Assembly (NCBI GenBank): GCA_024704765.1
Contig: JAKMXF010000111.1
Span: forward strand, 512,619 to 576,618
Direction of reading: 5' to 3'
DNA length: 64,000 nucleotides
Source of the DNA: Oopsacas minuta
Taxonomy: Eukaryota > Animalia > Porifera
Part shown: piece after piece, positions 24,443-35,610 of the stretch
How positions within the stretch are numbered: position 1 is the stretch's first letter
How the letters are laid out: each line of letters opens with the position of its first letter
The notes under the pieces: generated by a model
What the model was told of the DNA's origin: nothing
Seen by the model: only the letters and a program-made list of their open reading frames with translations
Database searches by the model: none
Program-made: the position numbers and the translations under genes

Positions 24443-25300
24443 GTTGTTGTTGTTGTTTATTTTAGCTCAAGGTACTGTTGACTTAGTACGTCTTCCCTGG
24501 CAGCAATACAGACAAGATGGTCGGATTATTTGGGGACTACAACAAGGAGCTACTTCATTCTCTTCTTCAACAGCTATGGCTACTCTAGAGCTAGCTAATA
24601 GAGTAGTGGTTACTATTCAAGTATGTTTACATGTTTGTTTATTTGCATGTTTGTTATAATATGATACACTATGTAGTCTGTTGCTGAGACAATATACGAG
24701 CTAATCAGTCCTAATTACTTAATTTACGGAGACTCTCACTTACTACCTGACAGACCTCAAGACCTCCGAGAAGGACTTACTCACGCTTATGATGCTGTAT
24801 CCTTTGTAAGTTATATCCCCCTACCTTCTCTACTTGAATTGGAACTCCCATTAATTAACACCTCAAAATACAAAATGTATGTACTGTGAAACTGGCCTGT
24901 GGAAACGGGGAACTTCTAAAAACTGAGTGAAAAATACATAATGCGAATTCCTGATCCCGTATAAGTGAACAACCATAAACTGGGATCACGGGGAGACGAA
25001 GTAGCATTTTCGTCCTCCCTAGCACTCGTTTATGGACGTTACACTTTTTATTTTAATCTCTTATAGGGAGTAAGTAACACTGCAACTAACATGTACAATA
25101 CAGCAGTCGATGACAAAGACTTCAGTTATTCAAGAGCTGTCACCGGGGTCATAAAACAAATCCCAGGATCCGTGATAATGCCTGTTATAATCGCTAGCAA
25201 AGCTACCTCAAGTGTCCTCGGTGGCGCCAAAAACCAGCTGATGCCGGACGCGCGGAGAGAAACGGAACAGAAATACAAAAATGTTAAGAACAACAAATAG
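10886..25300 (+). CDS. ATG2: Autophagy-related protein 2 (lipid transfer), intron-rich
   Basis: N-terminal chorein motif MPWFKLPEFVKKRACRYLLQHYLGHFF; SLHLLLSP exon 15200-15299; C-terminal IRSFSFYPDVPIRVDYQAK, VRLPWQQYRQDGRIIWGLQQG, QDLREGLTHAY, GVIKQIPGSVIMPVIIASKATSSVLGGAKNQLMPDARRE...stop 25300. Confidence 0.92.
11069..11138. mobile_element. Short TIR MITE family B (TIR CAGTGGATACCGGTTATAAG)
   Basis: Inverted ends CAGTGGATACCGGTTATAAG / CTTATAACTGGCATCCACACTG in ATG2 intron 1; second copy at 19887-19996. Confidence 0.6.
11785..11853. mobile_element. Short derivative of MITE family A, TA-flanked
   Basis: TA-CAATTAACGCCTGCTATATCG...CGGTATAGCAGGAGTAGACTG-TA; shares internal ATTATCGTGGTCCCTTG with the 23116 copy. 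Confidence 0.6.
12715..14874 (-). CDS. GRK2: G-protein-coupled receptor kinase of the GRK2/3 (beta-ARK) clade, intronless, nested antisense in ATG2 intron 12348-15199
   Basis: N-terminal MSDIETVLADVSYIMA; RGS-homology region ending FTRFCQWKALE; kinase LGRGGYGEVYGC, IIYRDMKPSN, GTHGYMAPEV; C-terminal PH domain. Confidence 0.92.
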   Translation of the reverse strand: MSDIETVLADVSYIMAVSDSKSGKRGGGFTRKKVALPDTSIQYAMGMILFEKNELTFEAVFIQPIAYKIMLQFAEHNMDIGAPLLFYDSILSYEKESDVNTRIKMAKEITDRCMMPDYLSKELRLAKTQYDQVLERMYQGDFSCDLFRTFAEPLLQQIKENVFDNFQLSKEFTRFCQWKALEMNFKPSLQDFNVHRKLGRGGYGEVYGCRKIDSGRVYAMKVSYKKRIKLKNGEGLAINERNILCKLNNPFIVGLHYAFQTPDQLVLVLDLAEGGDLHFHIDQRGALGNDAVRFYTAEMVLGLEHMHSQNIIYRDMKPSNVLLDTEGHVKISDLGLAHDLKYSFPSSAVGTHGYMAPEVIYKGTKYSFPVDWFALGCTIYKISTGHSPFHTKDAKDRDSIINKTLKEDPVYPSNMTNNLRSLISSFLTKNPASRLGSPPNGVEGIKNHPFFDTINWTAASSRSLKPPFLPPTGEVNAAEVDDIGSFDSSETHKVKLNEEDQRKYDGYDLTMPLKWQEEMIETLYVGVNEARDKIDFKEKKKSGAVDMIEDYEKGCVMQGWIEKQNKLSIWIKKYMRVYESRIEICENDGAGVKSLIIPIASILEIKEYAPTKEKGNTKLEIIQRDKKETYLIKAELEVVTPVWSKILKSMSASLPNRHSTPPPKPPPPQVNKNKVLYHRYTSTIPIGANSPVHNETGDQLAPPKLGASGRSKSEETSDS
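19887..19996. mobile_element. TIR MITE family B, TA TSD
   Basis: TA-CAGTGGATGCTGGATATAAG ... CTTATAACCAGTATCTACTG-TA. Confidence 0.75.
22320..22461. mobile_element. TIR MITE family C (TIR CAGTGTAACCTCCACAAACGG); left boundary approximate
   Basis: Right end CCGTTTGTGGAGGTCACACTG-TA; interior homologous to 24884-25046 and 63869-64000. Confidence 0.65.
23116..23282. mobile_element. pogo/Tigger-like MITE family A (167 bp), TA TSD
   Basis: TA-CAGTCACTTCCCATTATATC ... GATATAACGGAAGTTGACTG-TA. Confidence 0.8.
24355..24457. repeat. (ATT)n followed by (GTT)n microsatellite in an ATG2 intron
   Basis: Direct reading; gives the poly-Ile spurious ORF 24260..24481. Confidence 0.95.
24884..25046. mobile_element. 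TIR MITE family C
   Basis: Shares GGAACTTCT..AAAC.GAGTGAAAA...GCGAATTCCTG.TCCC and GTAGCATTTT with the 22320 copy. Confidence 0.6.
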
Positions 25301-25510
25301 CTTTCAGCACAAAAAAGTCAGTTTAAGATTGCTTAATAAATTCAACAAACTTTTCCTTTTCCATTTGTTATGGTTCATTATTCCCAAGTTGTATAATTGT
25401 TTTGCAGAACTGTTTAAGTACCATACAATTAATGAACTATGCTGTATCACTGATTTTATCACATCGAGAGGCAGAAATAGGATGGGAGAAAAGGCCCTGA
25501 CGCTTCATTA

Positions 25511-25678
25511 CAGTCAACTCCTATTATTTCGAAGCTCAAGGGACCGTGATAATTACTTGGATGTAGCCGATGAAAATATATGTTTCTTTGACTGTTTGGG
25601 TCCATATTTGTACAATTTCGGACTTCCATGTAAGCAGGTTTTCGATATATCCATATTCGATATAATAGGAGTTGACTA
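25511..25678. mobile_element. MITE family A copy, TA-flanked
   Basis: TA-CAGTCAACTCCTATTATTTCG ... CGATATAATAGGAGTTGACTA-TA. Confidence 0.75.
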
Positions 25679-26125
25679 TATCTCTCTTAATCTATTAACA
25701 CTGCTCAATTCTTATTATAAGAACCTAATTATCCTAATTACCCATCCATTCATAGCTTATCTGAGTCCACACTTAGAATTCGAACTTCCCAATGCCTGCA
25801 ATTTTTACAAAGTAACCTATGACTTCATGTAAGTATACACACACTTATGTAACGAATAGACTAGAAATCTTTTGTCTAGCAACTGGGCTTCTGTAGTAGG
25901 GAACATTATTATCCCTCTGTATTTGCAACCTCTTGTTAGCTCTATTTAGATTCATAATCGCTAATTACACGTCTGGGTACTCGTACTATTAATAATATAT
26001 TAATTAATACCCCACACACGACGGGACAATCAAACTTCTTATTTAATAATTAAGGGAAATGGTATTCAAGATGATCATTAGGGAAGTAACTATCCGTTAA
26101 CATCTTTATTGACCATAGTGCAGTA

Positions 26126-26198
26126 CAGTGTAATCTCCACAAACGGAGTGCCAGGATACTCCTTTTTCAGAAATTCCCCGTTTGTGAAGGTTTCATTG
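26126..26198. mobile_element. Short MITE family C copy, TA TSD
   Basis: TA-CAGTGTAATCTCCACAAACGG ... CCGTTTGTGAAGGTTTCATTG-TA. Confidence 0.7.
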
Positions 26199-26238
26199 TA
26201 TAACGAATTAATAATATACTAGGGTAATACCTTATTAA

Positions 26239-27342
26239 ATGAGTGCAATATTGCAAAGAATCAAAGAAATAGAAGATGAAGTTAGTCGTACTCAGAGGAA
26301 TAAAAACACAGAGTATCATCTAGGACAATTGAAAGCTAAAGTCGCAAAGTTAAGGAGAGAATTGTTGGCAGAGCCGAAGTCCTCCGGCGGGGGAGGGGAT
26401 GGATTTGATGTCAGCAAGACAGGAGACGCCCGTGTAGGATTTATCGGTTTCCCGTCTGTCGGTAAATCTACCCTCCTGTCCAATCTAGCGGGAGTATACT
26501 CAGAGGTTGCTGCTTACGAATTCACAACTCTGACTACTGTCCCTGGTGTTATCCGTTACAAGGGCTCTAAAGTTCAATTATTAGATCTTCCGGGTATTAT
26601 TGAGGGGGCTAAAGATGGTAAAGGGAGAGGGAGACAGGTCATAGCTGTAGCGAGAACGTGCTCACTCATTTTTATAGTCCTGGATGTTCTTAAACCCCTG
26701 CATGACAAGAAAGTTATTGAAAGGGAATTAGAAGGATTTGGTATTCGTCTCAACAAACAACCTCCTGATATTTCTTACAGAAAGAAGAATAAAGGAGGAG
26801 TCAATCTGAGTCAAGTAGTGCCTCAATCCTATCTGGACTTAAACACAGTGAAAGCTATTCTAGCTGAGTATAAAATACATAACGCGGATATTGTATTGAA
26901 ATGTGATGCTACATCTGACGACCTGATAGATGTAGTAGAAGGTAATAGAACTTATATACCATGTATTTATCTTTTGAATAAAATAGATCAGATATCTATA
27001 CAGGAGCTGGACATAATATACAAAATACCACATGCTGTCCCTATATCCGCTCACCATAAATGGAATTTTGATGATTTACTTGAGAAAATGTGGGATTACT
27101 TAAATCTCGTTCGTATCTACACCAAACCGAAAGGACAACTCCCTGATTACGAAACTCCAGTAGTTCTGCATGCAGATGCTAGTACTGTAGAGAATTTATG
27201 TAACAAACTACACAAGGCTATTTTACGGGAGTTTAAGCATGCAGTGGTCTGGGGAACTTCTGTTAAATTCAGTCCCATGAGAGTAGGGAAGGAACACGTA
27301 CTACATGATGAAGATGTTGTCCAAATTGTGAAGAAATTGTGA
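26239..27342 (+). CDS. DRG1: Developmentally regulated GTP-binding protein 1, intronless
   Basis: [80 protein letters not shown]-terminal TGS domain. Confidence 0.97.
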   Translation: MSAILQRIKEIEDEVSRTQRNKNTEYHLGQLKAKVAKLRRELLAEPKSSGGGGDGFDVSKTGDARVGFIGFPSVGKSTLLSNLAGVYSEVAAYEFTTLTTVPGVIRYKGSKVQLLDLPGIIEGAKDGKGRGRQVIAVARTCSLIFIVLDVLKPLHDKKVIERELEGFGIRLNKQPPDISYRKKNKGGVNLSQVVPQSYLDLNTVKAILAEYKIHNADIVLKCDATSDDLIDVVEGNRTYIPCIYLLNKIDQISIQELDIIYKIPHAVPISAHHKWNFDDLLEKMWDYLNLVRIYTKPKGQLPDYETPVVLHADASTVENLCNKLHKAILREFKHAVVWGTSVKFSPMRVGKEHVLHDEDVVQIVKKL

Positions 27343-28768
27343 ATTCAAATTTTAGTTCATTTACTGGAATATTTCCCCTAGAAATTGCTGAATATAATCC
27401 ACATCTTTATCGTAAAGTCCATATGCAATGATTGTGGGTATTTCTGTGTATTCCTTTTGATACGCTGGAATAATACATGTTAGGATGGATAGTGGAGAAA
27501 TTGAATTTATTTCTTAAAACTTCAAATGTAAGTTCTAGATTGTACCGAAAATTGAAATTGGACACAAACATGCGTAATAGTGAGTAGTACTGGTACCAAG
27601 GTACGATGTAGAGTATTAATTGGAACTGAAACTATGGTTACTTAACTTAAACTGGTATATAGCATTATTTTTGATTACATCAATTGTAAATCAAATATTC
27701 ACCACAAATAAACAATTATATTTTGCCTATCATATCTGACAATATTCGAATAATAATGATAATATTTCAAAATACACTCACGATTCGGTTTTATGTAAAT
27801 CTTGATAGTTGCAAGTTATCATTGCAGTAGTAGTGTTATATTTTAATTTTTATTGTCGAGATATCTTTAGCTAATTTATTGATTATTTTCCTTCATTTTT
27901 GTTTGTTGATTTATTGTCTGTAACGATAGCATAGTCTATGAATAGAATTCATTTACAGAGGAATTTTATTTGTTGACAACTAAACTAGCGGCCAATGTGG
28001 ATCTTTGGAATATAAGACTTTAACACAGCTGAAAACCCTTTTTAGATATTTTAATGGCCTCGGATGATTGAAAATATCAAATTTATTGAATTTATCGCAT
28101 AAAAATTGAGGTCACCTAATGAACCCAATATAACACGTACTTCTATGCGTGTAATTAATATACTTCTTGCTAACAAACTGAATAGAGTGCTAATTAGATT
28201 GTATTAATTTCCAAATCATATCTGGTATACTATAATTGGTAATTGAATTGTTATGTCCACATGACACCTCTTAATTAAGTTACCCTCCTCCCATTGTTAA
28301 TTAACACAAGCAGAACCATATTACCAATTAATTATATCTAATTTCAATGCTTTTCGGTGTTCTGTTCTTGCATTCTTGATGTTCAATGCCGTTGCTAACT
28401 TTTCAAATTATTCACTAAACCTAACTGCAGTTTGTATGATCTCGCAAAAATAAAATTCTTAACATTTCACCTCAGATATTTTTCTTGCCATTTTCATATA
28501 TTTTCATTGAAGAGATATTGTCCCTTTCACTAATACGACATTGAAAGCTTATTTTGTATGGTACAAACTTCGAATAAATACTTTCAATAAGCATGCGCAG
28601 TGGTTTGACTGATGAATAGAGTAGAAACGCTAGTATATATAAGGCAAATGAGTAACCCATTTTAGACAACATTAAAATTGCTGCTTGACCCTGTTTAATT
28701 GAATTTGGTAACATTCTATATACGTATTGAGGAAAATATCCATATTTCCTGAATAATAATTTTCTAAA

Positions 28769-31700
28769 ATGATGTCTCATACCAATCAGCCATTAATATC
28801 ACCACTGTATGATTCTCATCCTTACCAAACGGATCCCTCACTGATTGACCCCTCAGCTCTCAATATTTACGAAATGACAGACGCCCAGTACAACCCGATG
28901 ATGAATCGGCTCCCCCCTCACCCTGTTCTCTCCGGGGGTATGCCTGGGTATCCTCCCATGAATAGCACAGTACCTCCAGCTGATATGAGTTATACAAGGA
29001 AACACCGGTATGTTTAACAAATATTTATGAGCCTATTAAATATACAAATATTGGCTTCTGCGTTGCTCGCAATTTTATTGGTTTATTTTGACATTTTTCA
29101 TCGAAATATTTACGTAACTAACCAATTTCCAAAATTTCCAAAATTTCCAAAATTTCCAAAATTTTCAACATTTTTACGTAAAATAATAATTATACATTCC
29201 AATTACCCAATTTTACACCTCAACAGCTCTAATTTATTGTTACAGTAAAAATAATAATTTTTATACTCAATAACCGCCTCGATAGACATGACAGTCTGTC
29301 TAACGGACTAGATGATCCAAGCCCAGATGATGAATCGAGTTCTAAGCGTTACCGCTTGTCAGACGACAACACAGAATCACTGAGTACACCCCCTAACAAG
29401 TCCACAGGCCCCAGTGACCGTGTGGGAGCAAATGGAGACGGTAACAATACGATAAAAACTAAAAAGACAAAAGGCCGTGTTAAAATTAGTATGGAGTATA
29501 TTCCAAATAAACTGAGACGTTATACTACATTCAGTAAACGGAAATCTGGAATTATGAAAAAGGTAAAAACTATATTTCATTCGAATGCGGATACTAATCG
29601 TATCTATCCAGTGAATACGTAGGAGCTCTTGAATGTAAGGTGCTCTGCCGTAAGCATTACTCTATGTAGTTACAGAGATAATAGTTGAACGTTAATCTTA
29701 ACTACAAAAGTTTTGTTGAATATGATCCATTAGTAAGAGAGTACATTTATTAAATGCAGTCTAACTCGGATAAGACGTACTATCAGAGTGTATGTCTTAT
29801 CCGAGTTCTACTGTACCTTAATACGTCGGTTTATATGTGAATTTGAGTTTTAATTAAATCAGAATGTTTACAAGAATTTCTTAATATGAATTAAACCTCA
29901 GAGGAATTTATTAATTTATATTCTTTGTAAATAAACTGAATGACCACCGGGAAAACCTTACACAAATCATAAACTGCCTACGATGGAAGGGAATGTATTG
30001 AGTGCTTTACGTACCAGCTAATTATACAGCCAATATTAGTAATTCATTTGATTCATGTCAATTATTGATTATTCTCTCTCACGCAGGCGTTTGAACTTAG
30101 TACTCTTACTGGTACTCAGGTAATGCTATTGGTTGCATCAGAAACGGGACATGTGTATACATTCGCTACACCAAAGCTACAACCAATGATTACATCAGAG
30201 AGAGGCAAAGCACTGATACAGACCTGTTTAAATAGCCCAGACCCGAGTGCTAATCCAGTCCTGTCCGACGCCTCGCAGCGAATGAACGTACAAGGATTCG
30301 AAGAGATGGATCTGAACTACCCAGTCAACAGTTTGGAAGAGCTTAAGGTATTTGTTTCATAATGATAAGTAATGACAAACAGTTCTATCAAGTACGTATT
30401 AAATACAATACTGCTTCGTTAGAACAATACTGCATCTGTTGAGCTATCATAATTGCATACTATTATATTAATTCAGTAGACTCTACGTTTAATTCATAGG
30501 GTCACATCGGGGCCAGGCCAATTTGGCCTGGTTTAAGCAGAATAAATGTGGTGGCTCATTAACTGGAGTAATGTAGCACTATTCATATGATTCTGTTTCT
30601 GTTAAGTGACCCGATTAAACGATGGTTCTATTAAGTGGAGTCTACAGTATTATAAAGCAAATTCAGTCAGTGAATTGGTTGCTGTATTGCTAACACGTAA
30701 TGGTGAGAAACCACAAAGATTCCAAGTTATATATATTCTAACCAGCTGTGGGGCCTTGTGCAAAATACTGAAAGTATACAGAGATATCTTGTCTAAGCTA
30801 TTCGAACAGATATATTTTAGCGGTGAATTGTGAAAGTGAAACTTATTTGTGCATTAGACATTAATAATTTGACTCAAACATTTGGTTATTAGTTCTTATT
30901 ATTCGAAATATTTTAAATATTCTTTGAATACAAATTTATTTGTTTATTGAAGCGGTTGCATTCTTCTATTGTTTGTAGCAACAACGCACATTTATTTACA
31001 AAGACTGAGTTCTTATGAGTGTTTGTTGTTATTTAAAGAATCTAGTTTGTAATATTTAAGCGAGTTTGGTGGAATTTAATTAGTTCCAATTTTTTAAATT
31101 CTTGAATAATTCTGCTTATTTTAATTAAATCACTTCTTGGATTAGTTTCAATTCCATATAAGGTAATCTAAGCGAATTCCGAGCAGTCTTTTGTAAATTC
31201 TGTCACATGTCCTTATATGGTAATATCTACTGCCATATATGATATCTATAGTTACAGTTTCATATATACATGTACTATATATTGGAAGTTTATTAATGAT
31301 ATCTTTTAGCACTTCTTTATATACGATTCTACTCAGTTAATGTAATGTTTAGCTGAATCCTTGTAAAATAGCCCCCTGCTATATACTGGCAGTAGGGCAG
31401 TCTATGATCATAGTCATCGTGGCTTCTCATATCCCCCTATTATTTGAATATTCTTGCATCTGTTACGGTCAGGTTTCTCTCATGATCTCTCACATTGATT
31501 TGATTAAGTAGCAGTTATATCTATTTTTGTTATCCATCTCTTTCAATTGAATGATTTTAGTGTCGAGGTATCACAATGTTTTGAATTAAAGAACTTAATG
31601 ACCTTTCTGGGCACTCTCTTTACTGAAGCCAGAGTACTTAAGCAGCCATTCTATTAACATGCTTGTTTCCCGTACAAACCTACACCAAATTTTATCTAAG

Positions 31701-33785
31701 TACTGCAATGGCACAGAGCTTTTGTTCACTTATCAGACAGTTAGAAGTAGATTTGCATTAGAATATTCTAGGACATGCGATTTAAATTTTTAAAGTTTCT
31801 CTACAAAGCAATAATTATTCCTTTCAAGTTAATACATATCTTATTTTCACACTATTCGTGTATATTCACATTATTCGCATTCCATTGATACCTTCGGCTG
31901 TTAGAACCCGATAAGACAATTTGTCTAAGAGTTAGAAATCATGTTGAATGAGATGTACACAGAAATATTTTTACTTTCAGATTTCAGCTATCTTAGCTGT
32001 CTGTCCCTTTTATTGTCACGGCCTATTAAACCGTAAATAGTGGCAGGCCAAAGGGGACTGGGTCTGCCAGATCCTGGGACCGCCCCTGACCGTAAATTTG
32101 CTAGTAACAAATTTTTTCCTCAGATCACTTAATTAATTCGTACTAGTCCCTCCTTTCTTCCACATTATTGTAAAACACAACCTCCACCTGTAGCTTATGA
32201 TTACTATCCTGCACTAGTATCAAATATCTATCATCTTGTTTAAATAAGCAATCTCAAATTACTAAAGTATCCTGTTAGGACACTAATTATTAGACAAAAT
32301 TCAAATCTACACATTTTTAACGAATATTCGGTAACATATACACTACAAGGACCCTGTCATACCATGTGGTGCAAGGTCAATTGATATATTCTTGCTATTT
32401 TATTGTTACGGTTTAAGATCGATAGCGCGATTATTCTTTCTAATAACCAGCTGATCGTGGTACCCACATATTTTAAATTCAATATTACTAATACAAACAG
32501 CACTAAATTATTTTTATTTTTTCAGTTTGTCTCTGCTTGGTTAGATAGTATTTTGATAAAAATAGTAAAAATGTTAGTACTCGTAAAATATAGGTTTTAA
32601 ATCTATGATATAGTGAGGTGTCGATTTATTCAATTAATTCTTCATCCACAATTCTAATTTGTAATATTTTCTACGCGTTTATTAAATATCAGTTTTTATA
32701 TTAATGGATATGTATCTAGGATATCAAATTATTCAGTGACTCAGGAATGTCTTTTCCAGCTCTGTCACAGCTTAGCGGATTAATCCCGAATTCTTCACAT
32801 CAAAACCTCAATGTATTGCCATCGCATATCCAGGTATTGTTTATTGTCGTTGTGATTATCAAATTTATTGCGGTTCATAAGCCAACGTTATTCACCAGCA
32901 CAATTACCACTTCTTGAATAATGTAATATTTTTATATTATTCATAGATGCCATTATTGGGAACACATCCAGCCCTCCAAACGTCTACGATGGCATATATC
33001 CCTCAACATCCTGAAATAATTCCTCCCTCTTCTCTTAATGTGTCTCCCTCCTCGCCTAGTCACTCTCCAAGGTTTGTTATACATTAATAGTAATTGAGTT
33101 AGTTACACAAAATACCTCACACAACTTTGGGAATTGCTTTATGAATAATTGTCGCAGTTAACCAAATCAGCTTGCGATCATTCATAATAATCTGGTGTGA
33201 GATATATATAACCAGCTGTGTTCTATAGATCTAGTCCAATACACCCACGCAGTCAGAACGTAAACAACCTACTAGTTGGAAGCAGACACAAATCATCTTC
33301 ACGTACTCCTTCCCCCCATACCATGTCCCCCTCTCAGTCAATGCTAGCATCCCCCGTAAGTTCAATTATATATACACAAATACGTAATTAGTTCTGTTTC
33401 AATTTGAAACACATTTAGTCAATTCTAACAGTCACGAATGACTCATATGATTTCTAAAATGACTTTATTCCAATTTTAGCTTACTGACTTCCCTCGATTA
33501 CCTCTCCCGTCTGCACAAACTTACCATCCTACCATGATGCTAGATGCCAATAGCCCTGTCCTCACGTCACCCTTGCTCGCTCCGGAGAGACATTTTATTA
33601 ACCGCAGTCCTAATACCACATCTCCTCAGCAGAGAGTATCCCCGTCAGTTCCCCAGATGAGACCTAATTACAATCCATCAATTGACCTCAGACAAATGCC
33701 TCCTAATCCTAACATCAATATTAGTCCTTATCAAACTCCTACGGGTAGTCCCCCAGATGATAATCTGCTAACACAACCTATTTAA
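28769..33785 (+). CDS. SRF: Serum response factor (type I MADS-box), six coding exons
   Basis: Phase-consistent exons 28769-29007, 29286-29562 (TKGRVKISMEYIPNKLRRYTTFSKRKSGIMKK), 30087-30347 (AFELSTLTGTQVMLLVASETGHVYTFATPKLQPMITSERGKALIQTCLNSPD), 32947-33071, 33229-33355, 33480-33785. Confidence 0.92.
29122..29165. repeat. 9-bp tandem repeat (TTTCCAAAA) x about 4.5 in SRF intron 1
   Basis: Direct reading. Confidence 0.8.
29757..29813. mobile_element. Short hairpin MITE with CAGT...ACTG termini in SRF intron 2
   Basis: CAGTCTAACTCGGATAAGAC ... GTCTTATCCGAGTTCTACTG-TA. Confidence 0.6.
31154..31242. promoter_or_regulatory. CArG-box cluster (candidate SRF-binding enhancer) in SRF intron 3
   Basis: CCATATAAGG (31154-31163), its exact reverse complement CCTTATATGG (31211-31220), and one-mismatch CCATATATGA (31233-31242); SRF consensus is CC(A/T)6GG. 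Confidence 0.6.
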
Positions 33786-34465
33786 ATATGTAAGTTACTA
33801 TTTGTATATATTTATTCGTAGTGCAGTTCCTGTAAGGAGATGTACTTCCGTACGCCGTGTCCTGAAAAGACTCCTTTATTGACATGAAATTGGAACCTAC
33901 TTGGTGAATTGTTAGGTGTATAATTCTTCTAATGTTGGAGAATTTGATTCTGACATTTGCCATCTTTAAACATGAATATTTATGATATATTATTGACACT
34001 TTTTCAGCTGGGATTTTATTACTTCCTCTACCTCGTTATAGGTGCGAATTAACATGACAACATCTAACGAATTCTCTCTACATACAATGTGCTGCTGACA
34101 ACAATTCAAAGAGTTACCCTCTCGACCCCTAAAGGCCCTCTACTTAGCATGTTTTTTATTTAATTCTATATATTATCTGTAGTTTTGTTTTGTTTAATGC
34201 TTGTGTTCGTGTTGATTCGTTTCACGTTTTGACATTACAATTCTGTAAATATAGTTTGATTATTATTTTGATGTTAATTACTGATTCATTTTCTAGAATA
34301 CATTGGATATATGATTCCGTTTATTCTATGTTATCAACTGAGTTATAGAACATGGATAGATGCTATGGGGATATATTGAGAAATGGATTAGACTGGAATA
34401 TACAGTAGAACTCGGCAGGTGTTATTGATACTCTACTATGTATAACCGGAGACGAGTACTTTGTA

Positions 34466-34632
34466 CAGTCAACTCCCATTATATAGAACACGGAAATAAC
34501 GGAATACCCGCTTATATCGCAGTCTGAGATTGTATAAATATTGTCCCAAAATGTTAAATTTACATATGTTCCATTGGTTATATCTATGAATCGTTACTGT
34601 CTCTTGAACTTCGTTATAACCTGAGTTGATTG
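34466..34632. mobile_element. MITE family A copy (167 bp), TA TSD, ending 20 bp upstream of the MRTO4 ATG
   Basis: TA-CAGTCAACTCCCATTATATAG ... CGTTATAACCTGAGTTGATTG-TA; colinear with 23116-23282. Confidence 0.8.
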
Positions 34633-34651
34633 TATTTTATATCATAGCTAA

Positions 34652-35410
34652 ATGCCAAAATCAAAGCGTAACAAACCATACTCCCTAACTATACCAAAGA
34701 AGAAAGGTTTAGAATTAAAGACGAAGTTGTTACAAGATGTACGTAACTGTATTGACAAGCACGAGTATGTGTATGTATTTTCTGTTCGTGACATGCGTAA
34801 CAGTAAACTGAAAGACGTTCGTACACTTTGGGAAAGTAGTAGATTCTTTTTTGGTAAAAATAAAGTTATGGCTATTGCTCTTGGCTTAACACCAGAAACT
34901 GAGTACAGAGAAGGGCTCCATAAAGTGTCCGCACAGCTCAAGGGTGATGTTGGACTATTCTTTACATCAGAACCACCTGATAAGATCCATAAATGGTTCA
35001 ATGGTTACCAAGAATGTGACTATGCCCGTGCTGGTAATAAAGCTACTCACAATGTCACACTGCCACAAGGACCCCTGTCTCAATTCCAACACACGATGGA
35101 GCCCCAATTAAGACTTCTGGGTATGCCTACTGCCATGGATAAAGGGGTAGTTACCTTAATCACTGAGTTTGAAGTCTGTAAGCAAGATGCAGTACTAAAT
35201 CCTGAACAATGTCAGATCCTAAAACTACTAGCTATACCTATGGCGATATTCCGTATTTCTCTATTGTGTTATTGGCAGAAAGAGGATAGTAGTTTTACTC
35301 AACTGTGCGCATTAGAACAAGAAGCTACAGTATTGACAGCTTCTGATGAGGAAAGCGAGCCAAATTCACAGGATGTAGAGCCGGGGAGTCCTGATAGATC
35401 TGTTGATTAG
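34652..35410 (+). CDS. MRTO4: mRNA turnover protein 4 homolog (60S biogenesis, uL10-like), intronless
   Basis: MPKSKRNK, MRNSKLKDVR, RFFFGKNKVMAIALG, YARAGNKAT, FQHTMEPQLRLLGMPT. Confidence 0.95.
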   Translation: MPKSKRNKPYSLTIPKKKGLELKTKLLQDVRNCIDKHEYVYVFSVRDMRNSKLKDVRTLWESSRFFFGKNKVMAIALGLTPETEYREGLHKVSAQLKGDVGLFFTSEPPDKIHKWFNGYQECDYARAGNKATHNVTLPQGPLSQFQHTMEPQLRLLGMPTAMDKGVVTLITEFEVCKQDAVLNPEQCQILKLLAIPMAIFRISLLCYWQKEDSSFTQLCALEQEATVLTASDEESEPNSQDVEPGSPDRSVD

Positions 35411-35610
35411 TTATAGAGGAATAGCTTATGTGTAAATTGTATTGTTATTTTCATACAGTTTATGAATGCTAATTCGTTTCTTAATATTCTTATTTGACAT
35501 AACAATATAAGCCCGAATAGATATTTGAAATAATTACCCAAATGTACATATGATTGATCGAACATTCACAAATCTCTTAACTATCTCTACTTATACGTTA
35601 TGTGACACAA

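Noticed and set aside
24797-24805. GTATCCTTT, a perfect U12-type 5' splice-site consensus in ATG2
   Set aside because: It reads as coding AYDAVSF, followed by a canonical GTAAGT donor that joins in frame to GVSNTATNMY and matches ATG2 alignment length
25281-25832. 183-aa ORF downstream of ATG2
   Set aside because: It runs through a family A MITE and AT-rich spacer and has no recognisable protein features
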